Virus record (IMG/VR): IMGVR_UViG_3300038312_000168
Coordinates: 1-64,000 of that record
Source of the DNA: a virus
Direction: 5' to 3' (one strand)
Length of the DNA: 64,000 bases
Below the pieces are notes generated by a model. The model was not told the origin of the DNA. It did not search any database and was given only the letters and a program-made list of their open reading frames with translations. The translations under genes and the position numbers were made by a program. Of the stretch, positions 62,520 to 64,000 are shown piece by piece. Position 1 is the first letter of the stretch, and each line of letters starts with the position of its first letter.

Positions 62520-63262
62520 GTTTCTAATCCTTGTTTACTCTCTTGAATTACAACGGGTTTATGATTCTTAATCCTTTCAAGAATAATATCATAATACCCT
62601 TTATCTAATTCAAATCCAATGTAATTCCTATTTGTGTTCATACAAGCGATTGCAGTAGTACCACTACCCATACAATTATCTAAAACAGTATCACCTTCAT
62701 TTGTATAAGTTTTAATAAGATATTCAAATAATTCAACAGGTTTTTGGGTTGGATGAATAGTTTTACCAACACTTTTAAATTCTAAAATTGAACGTGGATA
62801 ATTAGTTTTTTCTTGAAAATTAACCTTACCACTGTCTCCATAACAATTACCGTTATTACCACGTTTAACAACCTTATTAAAATCAATTACATTTTGTGGA
62901 TTATATGTTGGTTGTTTTTGATAAAATACTAATATTTCTTCATGATTTTTCATAGGCATTCTTTTTGCATTCAAATGACCTGTTGCTGATGTTTTTTTCC
63001 AAACCCATGAATATTTTAACATTTTAATATTGGATGCGCCCAACAATGAAGTAAATGGTTGACTTCCTGTAAGAACAATAGCACCATTATCTTTTATAAT
63101 TCTTTTATATTGTTCCCACAATAAATCAAGGGGTATAACACTATCCCACTTGTTTTGAGTAGTCCCATAAGGAAGATCGCAAAGAATCATATCAACTGAC
63201 TTATCTTCAATCCGATTCATCCCTTCTAAACAATCCTCATTATAAACAACATTCAACTCCAT
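62510..63262 (-). CDS. beta-class N6A/N4C DNA methyltransferase (250 aa)
   Basis: Motif IV CDLPYG precedes HPTQKP and motif I NCMGSGTT (beta permutation, ParB-less N4/N6 MTase family); ATG 63262 (track start is GTG). Confidence 0.88.
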   Translation of the reverse strand: MELNVVYNEDCLEGMNRIEDKSVDMILCDLPYGTTQNKWDSVIPLDLLWEQYKRIIKDNGAIVLTGSQPFTSLLGASNIKMLKYSWVWKKTSATGHLNAKRMPMKNHEEILVFYQKQPTYNPQNVIDFNKVVKRGNNGNCYGDSGKVNFQEKTNYPRSILEFKSVGKTIHPTQKPVELFEYLIKTYTNEGDTVLDNCMGSGTTAIACMNTNRNYIGFELDKGYYDIILERIKNHKPVVIQESKQGLETWF

Positions 63263-63312
63263 GTATATCACTATTTTATTTCCTGTAACAACATTAAAAA
63301 GGTTGTTATATG

Positions 63313-64000
63313 TTATTCTTCACTAGGATATTTCATTCCATTATCAGTAGGTTTTCTACTCTTTCTTCCACGCTTCAGAAGTTCAATGGTGTTATCTCCA
63401 GTGTCGCGCTCATCTTTCTCAATCATTTCTTTTGGGAATCCAAGTGAAATACGCAGTTCAGGTTTATTAATAACAGACATCGTGTAAGCATCAAGTAAAT
63501 CACCCGGCTGCACAGCAGGTTTTGATAACTCTTCAAAGACTACTTTAATATCATCGGGATTCTTACCCATTGCAACCGCGCGTTGTTTGACAATTCCACC
63601 TTCATCATTCAGAATACTCATGATCTTCTTCTGCAACCCTTCGAGCACCACTAACCTATCTGCCTCACTTACATAACCGGCAGCATAAGTTGTCCCTTCC
63701 GCTCTGCCCATTGTAAGAGGAGCCTGCAATAGTCCAACCTGAATATCGGTTTCAAGTGATTCTTTGAATCCAGTAACATTGATGTTACTTCCACCCGAAT
63801 CTAACTGTTTAATGTCAAATCCTGCACCAATAATATCCTGATTCTCTGCAATATACTGATGCTCATCGCTCAATTCCTGCATGATTTCCTGTGCTTCTAC
63901 CATTGAAATATCACCGGAAGCAAGCATATCACCAAGAATACGGTAGTCAATAAAGTAACGTCCAATACCATACTTTTTAATGTAATTAGTGTAACCTTCA
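63313..64000 (-). CDS. portal-like protein, C-terminal part (5' end beyond window)
   Basis: Frame stays open upstream of the listed Met (63927) to the window edge; lies upstream of the Mu F-like gene as portals usually do; no motif verified. Confidence 0.45.
   Translation of the reverse strand, partial: EGYTNYIKKYGIGRYFIDYRILGDMLASGDISMVEAQEIMQELSDEHQYIAENQDIIGAGFDIKQLDSGGSNINVTGFKESLETDIQVGLLQAPLTMGRAEGTTYAAGYVSEADRLVVLEGLQKKIMSILNDEGGIVKQRAVAMGKNPDDIKVVFEELSKPAVQPGDLLDAYTMSVINKPELRISLGFPKEMIEKDERDTGDNTIELLKRGRKSRKPTDNGMKYPSEE

Overview
This AT-rich window (roughly one-third G+C by eye) reads as most of the genome of a tailed, siphovirus-like archaeal virus.

**Why archaeal:**
- tRNA-Gln carries an intron at the canonical 37/38 position in a bulge-helix-bulge-like context.
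- TTTATATA-type TATA boxes lie about 26 nt upstream of leaderless or near-leaderless start codons.
- GGAGGTG-type SD sequences occur inside operons.
- The replisome is archaeo-eukaryotic: family B DNA polymerase, PCNA-like clamp, RFC, MCM-like AAA+ helicase, AEP primase, XPF/ERCC4 nuclease and a Cas4-like nuclease.

**Layout:**
1. 1-16.9 kb: two palindrome-rich AT blocks and two opposing arrays of about 35 small ORFs (+ strand 3.6-8.0 kb, - strand 9.3-15.3 kb). A ~1.35 kb ORF-free, iteron- and dyad-rich region separates the arrays.
2. 16.9-17.7 kb: three minus-strand tRNAs (Gln with intron, Trp, Leu) and a free-standing LAGLIDADG endonuclease.
3. 17.9-39.8 kb (+): the late operon.
   - Head: protease/scaffold, a decoration-like protein, an encapsulin-like HK97-fold capsid protein and connectors.
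   - Tail: tail tube, a chaperone pair with a canonical T_TTT_TTC -1 frameshift site and a 1361-aa tape measure.
   - Host recognition: two paralogous host-recognition proteins flanking a tail-collar fibre, followed by an HNH endonuclease.
   - Operon end: a holin-like protein and an HExxH protein.
4. 40.0-61.6 kb (-): replication and nucleotide metabolism.
   - dTMP kinase and a class II RNR split by a LAGLIDADG intein.
   - AdoMetDC-like decarboxylase, a ThyA-like enzyme and a HAD-phosphatase/GMP-kinase-like fusion.
   - RNA-ligase-like ligase, two DNA MTases, a PAPS-reductase-like protein and dCTP deaminase.
5. 61.6-64.0 kb (-): Mu-F/SPP1 gp7-like head protein, an MTase, and a portal-like ORF cut by the window edge.

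No terminase, integrase, CRISPR array or rRNA is seen.

**Most unusual signals:**
- A five-copy ~130-140 nt intergenic element that always abuts a gene's 3' end.
- Five intercistronic hairpin modules whose stems covary while the loop core stays conserved.
- Phased CTATAG palindromes and GTTGAT iterons in the ORF-free region.
- A gene neighbourhood compatible either with pyrimidine-pool remodelling/DNA modification or with an RNA heal-and-seal (tRNA repair) function.

All functional calls rest on motif recognition by eye. No database searches were run.
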